Part shown: piece by piece, positions 31,236 through 40,432 of the stretch
Numbering within the stretch: position 1 is the stretch's first letter
Layout: the number at the start of each line of letters is the position of its first letter
Assembly: GCA_948777935.1 (NCBI GenBank)
Contig: CAQDYY010000001.1
Location: 404,930-468,929 of the forward strand
Origin: an uncultured Clostridia bacterium
GTDB lineage: Bacteria > Bacillota > Clostridia > TANB77 > CAG-508
Length of the DNA: 64,000 bases
Direction: 5' to 3'
The notes under the pieces: generated by a model
Seen by the model: the letters and a program-made list of their open reading frames with translations, nothing else
Database searches by the model: none
What the model was told of the DNA's origin: nothing
Position numbers and translations under genes: made by a program

Positions 31236-32714
31236 ATGGAAAATTTAAGCTTATATCAAGATATAGCAAACCGTACAGATGGAGACATCTACATAGGAGT
31301 GGTAGGACCTGTTAGAACTGGAAAATCTACTTTCATTAAAAAATTTATGGATCTATTAGTCATTCCAAACATTGATAATGAGTACAAAAAAGAACGTGCA
31401 AAAGATGAATTGCCACAAAGTGCTGCTGGTAGAACAATTATGACTACAGAACCAAAATTTGTTCCAAATGAAGCTATAGAAATTACTATTGGCGATAATT
31501 TAAAACTAAAAACTAGACTTGTAGACTGTGTTGGGTATCTAGTAAATAATGCTATTGGTTATTTAGAAGACGAAGCACCAAGAATGGTAAAAACACCTTG
31601 GTCAGAAGAAGAAATTCCTTTTGAACAAGCTGCTGAAATTGGAACCAAAAAAGTAATACAGGAACATTCTACTATTGGTATTTTGGTTACAACTGATGGT
31701 AGTATTACAGATATTCCAAGAGAAGACTACATTTCTGCTGAAGAGCGTGTAGTAACAGAATTAAAGGAATTAAATAAGCCTTTTATTATCGTTTTAAATT
31801 CTAGCGAACCATATTCTGAATATACTAAAGAACTTGCTAGAAAGTTAGAAGATAAATATCAAACTAGCGTAATTCCAACAGATTGTTCTAATTTAAACAG
31901 TGATGATTTAAATGATATTTTTGCAAGAATTTTATATGAATTTCCTGTTGAGCAAATCAATATTAGCTTTCCAAAATGGGTAGATGGCTTAAATGATGAC
32001 CACTGGTTAAAGCAAAGCTTATATACTCAAATAAAAGAGGCATTTTCAGATGTCAAAATACTAAAACAAGTAGATAAATCTATTAGTAAAATGTATAAAA
32101 CTGATATTATCGATAAAACTTCTTTAGATGAAATATTATTAGGTAATGGTAATGTTAACATTTCTATTTGTTTAAAAGAAGAACTTTTCTATAAAATTTT
32201 AACTGAAATTTCTGGAGTAGAAATATGTAATGAAGGAGATTTATTCTCTACTATTACTACACTTGCTTCTACCAAAAAGGAATATGATAAAATTGCATAT
32301 GCTTTAGAAGAAGTAAAGCAAAAAGGATATGGAATTGTAACACCTTCTATGGATGAACTTATTTTAGATGAACCAGAAATGGTAAAACAAGGTTCAAGGT
32401 TTGGTGTAAAACTAAAAGCTACTGCACCAAGTATACACCTTATTCGTGCAAATATAGAGACAGAGGTTTCTCCTATTGTTGGTAGTGAAAAGCAATCTGA
32501 AGAATTAGTTAATTACCTACTTTCTGAATTTGAATCTGATCCACAAAAAATTTGGGAATCTAATATATTTGGAAAAAGTTTACATGAACTTGTAAATGAA
32601 GGATTACAAAATAAACTTTGCCGTATGCCAGAAGATGCACAAGGAAAACTACAAGAAACACTAGAACGTATAGTAAATGAAGGTAGCGGTGGACTAATTT
32701 GTATTATATTGTAA
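31236..32714 (+). CDS. spoIVA: stage IV sporulation protein A (spore coat morphogenetic ATPase)
   Basis: 492 aa; N-terminus MENLSLYQDIANRTDGDIYIGVVGPVRTGKSTFIKKFMD near-identical to SpoIVA Walker A region. Confidence 0.9.
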   Translation: MENLSLYQDIANRTDGDIYIGVVGPVRTGKSTFIKKFMDLLVIPNIDNEYKKERAKDELPQSAAGRTIMTTEPKFVPNEAIEITIGDNLKLKTRLVDCVGYLVNNAIGYLEDEAPRMVKTPWSEEEIPFEQAAEIGTKKVIQEHSTIGILVTTDGSITDIPREDYISAEERVVTELKELNKPFIIVLNSSEPYSEYTKELARKLEDKYQTSVIPTDCSNLNSDDLNDIFARILYEFPVEQINISFPKWVDGLNDDHWLKQSLYTQIKEAFSDVKILKQVDKSISKMYKTDIIDKTSLDEILLGNGNVNISICLKEELFYKILTEISGVEICNEGDLFSTITTLASTKKEYDKIAYALEEVKQKGYGIVTPSMDELILDEPEMVKQGSRFGVKLKATAPSIHLIRANIETEVSPIVGSEKQSEELVNYLLSEFESDPQKIWESNIFGKSLHELVNEGLQNKLCRMPEDAQGKLQETLERIVNEGSGGLICIIL

Positions 32715-32816
32715 CCTAAAAAGTCGATTTTAAAATCGACTTTTTAAAGTTTCTCGTGTATAATTTTTCCCTTTTTGCTAAAAATATGACAAATACATTT
32801 AGATTGGAGTAAAAAA

Positions 32817-34532
32817 GTGAAACAAAATAAAAATGGTTCTGTAATGACATATTTTAAAGATTTATTTTGGTATACGCCACATAAAGAATATAGTTTTACT
32901 ATACCTGAAGCAAATAACAATGAAAATGCTACTTACACTGAAAATAATAACAATTATGAATCTCCTAAAAATATATTTCCCAAAATTGGTACTAACTTAG
33001 AAACAATTACTACACTATATAATGCTATGATTAATAGTGATATTATTATAAGAGAATTTAGTTTAATTGCAAAAAACAAAGAATATAAGGCTTTTATTTT
33101 ATACATTGATGGTATGGTCGATACAAAAATTGTAAATAACTTTGTATTAGACCCTCTTATGTTACGAAATCAAGCAAATACTTATACAAATCCTGAAGCT
33201 GATGTTTCAAAGGAAGTTGTAACAAATCATATTACTGTAAGAAAAGTAAAAAAATTCGACCTAGCTTCATATATTTTAAACCACTTAATTCCACAAAATA
33301 GTGTAAAGCAAGTAGCTACTTTTGATGATGTAGCTTCCTCTGTCAATTCTGGAAATTGCCTTCTTTTTGTTGATACTTTAAATATCGCTTTTGATATTGA
33401 TGCAAAAGGGTTTAAGCAAAGAAGTGTTGGAAAACCAGAAAATGAAATCGTTATTCGTGGTTCACAAGAAGGTTTTACTGAAAATATTCGTACAAATACT
33501 TCTCTTTTAAGGCGTTTTTGTAATAATGAAAAATTAATTATAGAAAATTTAGAAGTTGGAAATTTAACAAAAACAAAATGTGCAATTTGCTATATGAAAA
33601 ATGTTGCAAATAATGATTTAATAGCAGAGGTAAAATATCGTATTAACAATGTCTCAGTTGATAGTATTATTTCTTCTGGTCAGCTAGAACAGCTTATATC
33701 TGATAATGGAAAGTTTAGTGTTCCTCAAATGATTTCAACAGAACGTCCAGATAATGCTACTAATTTCCTATTATCTGGTAGAGTAGTTATACTAGTAAAT
33801 GGTAGCCCATATGCTCTTATTGCACCGGGTACTTTTATTGATTTTATATCATCACCTGAAGACTTAAACTTAAAATATAAGTTCTCTAATTTACTAAAAT
33901 TAGTTAGAATTTTTGCAATTATTTTAACATTACTATTACCTGGATTTTATGTAGCAATTACGAATTTTCATCAAGAACTTTTACCTACTGAATTATTATT
34001 TGCTATTGTAGCATCTAGAGAAAACATCCCTCTTCCTATCATTTTTGAAATTTTAGTTATGGAGTTTTCTTTTGAGCTCATTCGTGAAGCAGGTATTCGT
34101 GTTCCCTCTCCTCTTGGTCCAACTATTGGAATTGTAGGAGCATTAATATTAGGACAAGCAGCTGTTGATGCAAATATTGTAAGCCCTATCTTAATTATTG
34201 TGGTTGCTATTACTGCTATTGCATCTTTTGCTATTCCTGATTATTCTTTTAGCTTTCATTTTAGGCTTGCAAGGTTTATCTATATTATATTTGGATATCT
34301 ATTAGGATTTTTAGGAATTGCTACTTGCTTATTCTTCCATTTACTATTACTTGCAAGTTTAAATTCATTTGGTTATCCTTATTTACAACCTTATGTACCT
34401 GTAACAAAAGATTACAATGGACTATTATTGTCTCCTGCTTGGAAAAGAGAACATCGTGCTGATTTCTTAAATACAAAAAGACCTAAAAAACAACCTGATA
34501 TTAGCATGAAATGGAAATTTCCTAACAAATAG
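32817..34532 (+). CDS. spore germination receptor A subunit (GerAA/GerKA family)
   Basis: 571 aa; GerA-family core and C-terminal TM domain; GTG start with GGAG RBS. Confidence 0.85.
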   Translation: MKQNKNGSVMTYFKDLFWYTPHKEYSFTIPEANNNENATYTENNNNYESPKNIFPKIGTNLETITTLYNAMINSDIIIREFSLIAKNKEYKAFILYIDGMVDTKIVNNFVLDPLMLRNQANTYTNPEADVSKEVVTNHITVRKVKKFDLASYILNHLIPQNSVKQVATFDDVASSVNSGNCLLFVDTLNIAFDIDAKGFKQRSVGKPENEIVIRGSQEGFTENIRTNTSLLRRFCNNEKLIIENLEVGNLTKTKCAICYMKNVANNDLIAEVKYRINNVSVDSIISSGQLEQLISDNGKFSVPQMISTERPDNATNFLLSGRVVILVNGSPYALIAPGTFIDFISSPEDLNLKYKFSNLLKLVRIFAIILTLLLPGFYVAITNFHQELLPTELLFAIVASRENIPLPIIFEILVMEFSFELIREAGIRVPSPLGPTIGIVGALILGQAAVDANIVSPILIIVVAITAIASFAIPDYSFSFHFRLARFIYIIFGYLLGFLGIATCLFFHLLLLASLNSFGYPYLQPYVPVTKDYNGLLLSPAWKREHRADFLNTKRPKKQPDISMKWKFPNK

Positions 34533-34577
34533 CTTACTAATATAATATATAAATACACACAAAGAAAATTTAGCCTT

Positions 34578-34725
34578 CATAGGTAATAATTATATAAATA
34601 ACTACGAAGAATCTCGGAGCCATAAGTGGGGACCAATAGAAACCGTCAAAATGTGTTTACACATTTTGTACAGTTCCACCCAGGAATGGCGACGGTTCGT
34701 AGGTATTTATATATTATTACCTATG
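34578..34725 (+). repeat. Family-4 structured element with long flanking inverted repeats, copy 1 (between gerA-A and gerA-B genes)
   Basis: Core ACGAAGAATCTCGGAGCCATAAGTGGGGACCAATAGAAACCGTC[hairpin]...GGAATGGCGACGGTTCGT; second copy 52531-52675; stems show compensatory changes. Confidence 0.6.
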
Positions 34726-34750
34726 AATAGCACCTAAAATTAGAAAGGAT

Positions 34751-35881
34751 TTGAATTTTATGAATTCTACAAAAATAGGAACTTTTGAAGCAATTGCATT
34801 TATCGTTGTTATAATCTTAAATCAAATTGTATTAAACTTACCACAAAACTTACTAGATGAATGTGGTCCATCTACCCCTCTTAATCTAATACTTGTTATT
34901 GCCTTTGTTTTCTTATTTTTGTTTATTATGCTAAAACTATGGAAACCATTTGGTAATAGCGACATTTTAGACATTAGTGAATTTTTAGGTGGAAAAGTTT
35001 TTAAAACAATAATAGGTTCTATTTTTATTATATATTTTTTAATGATTTCTGGTACTCTACTTCGTAACTTTACTGAAATGTTAAAACTAGTATACTTAGA
35101 AAAAGCCTCTATTTGCTTAATTGTTCTATTTTTTATTATAGCTTGTGCCGCTGCAAACAGATTTGGATTTAGAAGTGTTATAAGGTGTAACCTTATTTTT
35201 GTACCTATTGTTTTATTAAATTTACTTATTGCATTTTTTTGCTTATTTCCTCGTTTCGAATTAAATAGAATTTTTCCTATTTTTGGATATGGTATAAACC
35301 AAACTTTTTTTACTGGAATGACTAATATATTTGCATTTACAGGAATTAGTTATTTATATTTCTTAAAGCCATTTCTAAAAAAGCCCGAAAGCTTTAACAA
35401 GATTAGCTATATTTCAATAGGTATTTCTGCTTTTTACTTATTTTTAAGTATAGTCACACTTCTATTTTCCTTTGCAGATGTTTTAACTGTTAATGACCTT
35501 TCTTCTGTATATGTACTAATTCGTGGTACAGATTTTGGAAGATTTTTGCAAAGGCCTGATGCATTATTTATTTTAGGTTGGATTTTAGTTCTTATGAGTT
35601 ATATAAGTACTACTGTTTTACTAGTTAACCATATATTTAGCAAACTAGCAAAAATACAAGATACAAAGCCTATGGTTTATTGTTTTTCTACATTATGTTT
35701 TATTTTTGCATTAATTCCAAAAAACATGGTTGCAATTAGATGGCTAGAAGATACTCTATTTCGTTATGTAACAATTATTTTAGTATTTATAATTAGTTTT
35801 TGCATTCTTCTATTTGCGTATTTTAAACACAAAAAGCAGATGTCTTATGTACAAAAGGGGGGTTTAACAAGTGAAACTTAA
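34751..35881 (+). CDS. spore germination receptor B subunit (GerAB/GerKB family, APC-type permease)
   Basis: 376 aa, ~10 TM segments, Spore_permease-like. Confidence 0.8.
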   Translation: MNFMNSTKIGTFEAIAFIVVIILNQIVLNLPQNLLDECGPSTPLNLILVIAFVFLFLFIMLKLWKPFGNSDILDISEFLGGKVFKTIIGSIFIIYFLMISGTLLRNFTEMLKLVYLEKASICLIVLFFIIACAAANRFGFRSVIRCNLIFVPIVLLNLLIAFFCLFPRFELNRIFPIFGYGINQTFFTGMTNIFAFTGISYLYFLKPFLKKPESFNKISYISIGISAFYLFLSIVTLLFSFADVLTVNDLSSVYVLIRGTDFGRFLQRPDALFILGWILVLMSYISTTVLLVNHIFSKLAKIQDTKPMVYCFSTLCFIFALIPKNMVAIRWLEDTLFRYVTIILVFIISFCILLFAYFKHKKQMSYVQKGGLTSET

Positions 35882-37109
35882 AAAACTTAGAACATTAATA
35901 TGTCTTTTTCTTATTATAACTACTCTATTCTTTTCTCTTTCTGGTTGTTATAACTCTCAAAACATTGACCGTTTAGCTTATGTAGTTGCTATAGGATTTG
36001 ATGTTGGCGAAAACAATAAGTTAAAACTAAGTTTTCAAGTTTCTGTACCCAGTAATAGTTCAGATGGAGGAAGTTCTTCACAATCCGATTCTTCTATTGT
36101 AACTTCAATAGAATGTTCTTCTTTTGATTCTGGTGTAAATATATTAAATAGCTATTTAAGTAAAGAATCAAACCTTGCACATTGCAAAATTATTGTATTT
36201 TCTGAGGATTTTGCAAACAGAGGCATTTCAGAAACGCTATTTACATTAATGAATACAATAGATGTACGACCAGACTGTAATGTATTAGTTAGTAGATGTA
36301 GTGCAGAATACTTTTTGAATAACTCTAAGCCAATGTTAGAGAAACTTTCAGCCAGATATTATGAAATTGCTCCTACTACTAGTCAATATACTGGTTTAAC
36401 AGAAAATGTAACCCTCAGCCAATTTTTTTCTGATTATACAGATACATTTAGGAGTAGTTTTGCTATTTTAGGAGGAATTAACTCTGATAATACTCATAGT
36501 GCAAATGTTGGTGAATCTCCAACTGAAATAGATGCTTCTAACAAAGCTAACGAAACATTAATTCATGGTAAGCCAAATATTGAAAATATTGGACTTGCGG
36601 TTTTTTATAAAGATAAATTAGTAGGAGAACTAACAGGGCTAGAAACCATTTGTCACCAAATAATCTGTAATAGCTTAGATACTTGTGTTATTAATATACC
36701 AAGTCCTTTTGAAGAAGGTCAAACAATCTCCCTTAAACTTCGTTTAGTTAATAATACGAAAAATAAAGTAGAACTTGTAAATGGCACACCATATATTACA
36801 TCAGATGTTACATTAGATGCACGTATTTTAAGTATGGATGAAAATTCCAAATATTTAACAATGGAAAACGTCTCTTTATTAGAAAAATCTGCTAATTTTT
36901 ATTTAACTACCAAATTGCATGATTATTTATACAAAGTTTCAAAAGATTTGAAAAGTGATATTGATGGATTTGGAAAGTATATTGTAAAAGATTTTTTAAC
37001 TATGGAAGAATGGGAAAATTTCAATTGGCTAGAAAATTTTAAAAATTCTTTCTTTGATGTTAAAGTAGAAACAAAGGTAAAATCTGGATATATTTTTATG
37101 GAAAGCTAG
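35871..37109 (+). CDS. spore germination receptor C subunit lipoprotein (GerAC/GerKC family)
   Basis: 412 aa; signal peptide with lipobox FSLSGC; GTG start with AAAGGGGGG RBS. Confidence 0.8.
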   Translation: MKLKKLRTLICLFLIITTLFFSLSGCYNSQNIDRLAYVVAIGFDVGENNKLKLSFQVSVPSNSSDGGSSSQSDSSIVTSIECSSFDSGVNILNSYLSKESNLAHCKIIVFSEDFANRGISETLFTLMNTIDVRPDCNVLVSRCSAEYFLNNSKPMLEKLSARYYEIAPTTSQYTGLTENVTLSQFFSDYTDTFRSSFAILGGINSDNTHSANVGESPTEIDASNKANETLIHGKPNIENIGLAVFYKDKLVGELTGLETICHQIICNSLDTCVINIPSPFEEGQTISLKLRLVNNTKNKVELVNGTPYITSDVTLDARILSMDENSKYLTMENVSLLEKSANFYLTTKLHDYLYKVSKDLKSDIDGFGKYIVKDFLTMEEWENFNWLENFKNSFFDVKVETKVKSGYIFMES

Positions 37110-37333
37110 GTGATATATTTTGAAAATTGTTATTGCTATTTTATCATTTTTTGTATTTTTAAAAACATTTTTTTATGGAATTTATGAATGGAAAGAACAA
37201 AAAAATAAACGGAGGTAGTATTGCAATTTTTGTATTAAGCATTATTACTCTAATTGTTCCAACATTTTTAGTAAATTTACGAATTAACTTGTAGGATATT
37301 CTATTTGTACAATATGTAGCTGTAACCTAAAAT

Positions 37334-37498
37334 ATTAAAATTTGAAAAGAAGCGTCTTGAAAGTAAATTTTGTATACGTATGTTTTAAAAATTTGTGGGA
37401 GAATCTCACACCCCTGTGAGAGGGGCCTACAAATTTTTATTACATACTGTGCAAAATTTATCTTGAACGAGCGGATTTGAAAATTTTATATATTTTAG
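37334..37498 (+). repeat. Family-5 ~165-bp repeat, copy 2
   Basis: See copy 1 at 19170-19335; 4-5 mismatches. Confidence 0.7.
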
Positions 37499-37536
37499 GT
37501 TCACAGCTACAGTTTACAACTTTAAATATTTTATCA

Positions 37537-38394
37537 TCACAACACAACATCTCTTTTTAGTGTTCCACTTTTTACCACACCAATTCCAATAAACTGCTTA
37601 TTTATATCATATATCCTATAAATATCATCTTCTAGCACATATTCTAGCTTTACTCCATTTAGAAACAACTCTAACCTTTTATTATCTAATATAATTTCTT
37701 GTTTTTTACTAAAAAATTCTTCTATTGTAATGATTTTAGAAGATATGTCTCCTTCTTGTTTTAACTCATCTATAGTTACACCATCTTCTATTTTAAAATT
37801 CCCTACTCTAAGCCTCGCTAACTCTTTCATGCACCCAACAGTTCCTAATTTTTCAGCAATTTGTTCACAAAGAGTTCGTATATATGTACCTTTCCCACAA
37901 TGTACTCTAAATGTTATCTCTTTTTTTTCTTCATCAACATCTTCTAATTCAATTTCATAAATTGTAATTAACCTAGTTGGTACTTCTACTGTCTTTCCTT
38001 GCCTTGCATATTCATATAACTTTTTTCCATTTACTTTAATTGCAGAAAACATTGGTGGAGTTTGTTTATTTTCACCTAACATAGAAAAAAGTACATCTTT
38101 AATTTTCTCAACTCTTGGCATTTTAATATCTTGCTTTTCTATAATATTACCTGTAAAATCTGCTGTATCAGTTTTTATACCTAAAGTTAAAATAGCACGA
38201 TATGTTTTATCGTGCTCTATTAAATATTTTGAAATTTTTGTTGCTTTCCCTATTAATAGAGGTAACACCCCTGTTGCTTCAGGATCTAATGTACCAGTAT
38301 GCCCTACTTTTTCTTTTAGTACTTTTTTTACTATTGCTACTACATCATGTGATGTGTAGTCTTTTTCTTTATTTATTATTATAATTCCATCCAT
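37537..38394 (-). CDS. truB: tRNA pseudouridine(55) synthase
   Basis: 285 aa; catalytic motif GHTGTLDPEATGVLPLLIG. Confidence 0.9.
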   Translation of the reverse strand: MDGIIIINKEKDYTSHDVVAIVKKVLKEKVGHTGTLDPEATGVLPLLIGKATKISKYLIEHDKTYRAILTLGIKTDTADFTGNIIEKQDIKMPRVEKIKDVLFSMLGENKQTPPMFSAIKVNGKKLYEYARQGKTVEVPTRLITIYEIELEDVDEEKKEITFRVHCGKGTYIRTLCEQIAEKLGTVGCMKELARLRVGNFKIEDGVTIDELKQEGDISSKIITIEEFFSKKQEIILDNKRLELFLNGVKLEYVLEDDIYRIYDINKQFIGIGVVKSGTLKRDVVL

Positions 38395-38411
38395 GTCTTC
38401 TCCTAATAATT

Positions 38412-38467
38412 AAGAAGGGCACAGTGGTGTCATGTCTTTTGGGTATTCCCACAAACGATGCCCCTAC
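38412..38467 (-). repeat. Family-1 element copy B (between nrnA and truB)
   Basis: GTAGGGGCATCGTTTGTGGGAATACCCAAAAGACATGACACCACTGTGCCCTTC on minus strand. Confidence 0.6.
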
Positions 38468-38470
38468 AAT

Positions 38471-39424
38471 CTATTTCAAATGTTTTTTTACTTCATTTAT
38501 TATTCTTTCTTTTACTTCTTCTAAAGTTCCATGAACTTGGCAACCTGCTGCATGAAGATGCCCTCCTCCATTAAACATCATTCCTACATCTGATACATTT
38601 ACATATTCATTTGAACGTAGTGAGCCTTTATATAATCCTTCTTCTTTTTCACTAAGAAGAATTGATACTTCTACTCCTTCTATACTTCTTCCTATATCTA
38701 CTAAACCAGATTGGTCTCCGTTTTTAGCACCTGCTAATTCTTCATCTTTTTTTGTAATATATGTAAATGCAATTTTTCCATCTTCTATAAGTTCTAAACG
38801 ATCCATTGCAATTTTACTAAGTTCAAAATGTCCTTTTGTCTGCTTTTCCAAAACTTTTCTATATATGTCTGCAACATTTACTCCTATGCTTAATAACCAA
38901 GCTGTAAACTCAAATGTTTCTTTTGATGTTCCTTGGTATTTAAAACCTCCTGTATCTGTAATAATTCCAGTAACTAGTGAGCTTCCTATTTCTTTATCAA
39001 TTTTAACTCCTAAGTATTCTAATACTAAAATTAGAATTTGGCAACAAGCTGGCGCATCTGGATTTACAAAATTATAATCTGCAAACATTGCATTTACACT
39101 ATGATGATCAATATTTATTGTTGTACGAGCATTCTCAAAGTATTTTGCAAAGCCATTTAAGCGCTTAATATCACTACAATCTAATGCAATTGCTAAATCA
39201 TATATCTCTTTTGTTCCTTCTTTTTGCATTTTGCTAGCTTCTGGCAAAAAGCTAAAGATTTCTGGATATTCTGGCACTATCATTTCTGGTTTTTTTCCTA
39301 ATTGCACTAATGCATTATACATACTAAGAGTACTTCCAATTGCATCTCCATCTGGGTTCTCATGAGTTAAAATAACTATGCTCTCTGCTTTTTCTATCTC
39401 TTCTTTTATATTATCTAATGTCAT
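38471..39424 (-). CDS. nrnA: DHH-family bifunctional oligoribonuclease / pAp phosphatase NrnA
   Basis: 317 aa; DHH motifs THENPDGDAIGS, DHH, C-terminal DHHA1 GGGH. Confidence 0.85.
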   Translation of the reverse strand: MTLDNIKEEIEKAESIVILTHENPDGDAIGSTLSMYNALVQLGKKPEMIVPEYPEIFSFLPEASKMQKEGTKEIYDLAIALDCSDIKRLNGFAKYFENARTTINIDHHSVNAMFADYNFVNPDAPACCQILILVLEYLGVKIDKEIGSSLVTGIITDTGGFKYQGTSKETFEFTAWLLSIGVNVADIYRKVLEKQTKGHFELSKIAMDRLELIEDGKIAFTYITKKDEELAGAKNGDQSGLVDIGRSIEGVEVSILLSEKEEGLYKGSLRSNEYVNVSDVGMMFNGGGHLHAAGCQVHGTLEEVKERIINEVKKHLK

Positions 39425-39586
39425 TTATTTTTCTCCTATTCTTTGTTTATACTGTAAGAATTTTTATCCGGGTGGATGAAAAGCTCCATACAGTATAAAT
39501 ATGCAAATTTCTAGAATTACTAACGTATAACTTATCCGTACGCATTAAAAATGCTACGGATAAGAAATCTTTGCGGTTCCCACCGC
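39425..39586 (-). other. highly structured intergenic region (nested long hairpins) between rbfA and nrnA
   Basis: 11-bp inverted repeat TTTATACTGTA...TACAGTATAAA enclosing 35 nt just upstream of nrnA RBS; 10+5 bp hairpin CTTATCCGTAGCATTTTTAATGCGTACGGATAAG; GCGGTGGGAACCGC hairpin. Confidence 0.4.
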
Positions 39587-39964
39587 TTAGAAATTCTTGT
39601 ATTTGTTATCATCTTTTTTAGGCATAATTTCTTTTAGTATGGAATCTATTTTAGATCCATATTCAATTGAATCATCTAACACAAAAACAAGTTCTGGTGT
39701 AATTCTTAAGTTTATTGTTTTTGCAATTCCACTTCTAATAAAACCAGAAGATTTTTTCAATGCTTCTAATGTTTCATTTGTATTTTTAGAATTTAATATA
39801 CTAACATATACTTTAGCATATTTTAAATCTGGTGTAACATGTACTTTTGTTACACTAATTAATCCTGTTACATTTGGATTTTGTAGTTCATAACTAATTA
39901 TATGACTAATTTCCTTTTTTAATTCCTCACCAATTCTTTCAAATCGCGCATTATTCTTTGGCAT
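39587..39964 (-). CDS. rbfA: ribosome-binding factor A
   Basis: 125 aa; RbfA KH-like fold sequence, position after infB. Confidence 0.85.
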   Translation of the reverse strand: MPKNNARFERIGEELKKEISHIISYELQNPNVTGLISVTKVHVTPDLKYAKVYVSILNSKNTNETLEALKKSSGFIRSGIAKTINLRITPELVFVLDDSIEYGSKIDSILKEIMPKKDDNKYKNF

Positions 39965-39975
39965 GATGCCCTCCT

Positions 39976-40416
39976 TTATCTTTCTTCTCCTGAGTGTATT
40001 CCATCATATAAAGATGAGTATTTTTTTTCTTCTAGCTTTGGAGAAATATTAACATTTTTCCATAGTTCTTCTTTCTTTTGTTGTTCTTTTTCTTCTCTAT
40101 TTAGCCTTATATCTCGTTGTTCTTCTACACTATATTGTAATCGACTTTTTATAAATTCTTCTCTTTCTTGTTCTTTTGTTTTCACTCCTTTTGCTATTTG
40201 TTCATTTTTTGCTATTTTCTGTTTTTTTCTTTGTTCTCTTCTTTTTTGTCTTCTTTCTTCATTTTCTTTCATTCTTTGTTGTTTTTCTTCTTCATTTCTT
40301 ATATGTTTTTGTTCTTTTTCTCTTTTAGCTTTCTTCTTTTGTGATTGTAGCATTCCAATATGCCTTAAATTTTGCTTATTTCTTTGTTCTTTTTCTTTTT
40401 TAGCATTCTTTCCCAT
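39976..40416 (-). CDS. highly charged K/E/R/Q-rich low-complexity protein in the infB-rbfA slot
   Basis: ~146 aa; GGAGTGA RBS 6 nt upstream of ATG at 40416; composition >60% K/E/R/Q; occupies position of ylxP (DUF503) in Bacillus operon. Confidence 0.45.
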   Translation of the reverse strand: MGKNAKKEKEQRNKQNLRHIGMLQSQKKKAKREKEQKHIRNEEEKQQRMKENEERRQKRREQRKKQKIAKNEQIAKGVKTKEQEREEFIKSRLQYSVEEQRDIRLNREEKEQQKKEELWKNVNISPKLEEKKYSSLYDGIHSGEER

Positions 40417-40432
40417 CACAATCACTCCATTT

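Noticed and set aside
34602-34704. A known riboswitch class upstream of the gerA-family B-subunit gene.
   Set aside because: I could not match the core to consensus features of known classes (c-di-GMP, fluoride, guanidine, ZTP, preQ1, SAM etc.). A second copy elsewhere has no downstream gene, so I treat it as a structured repeat of unknown function.
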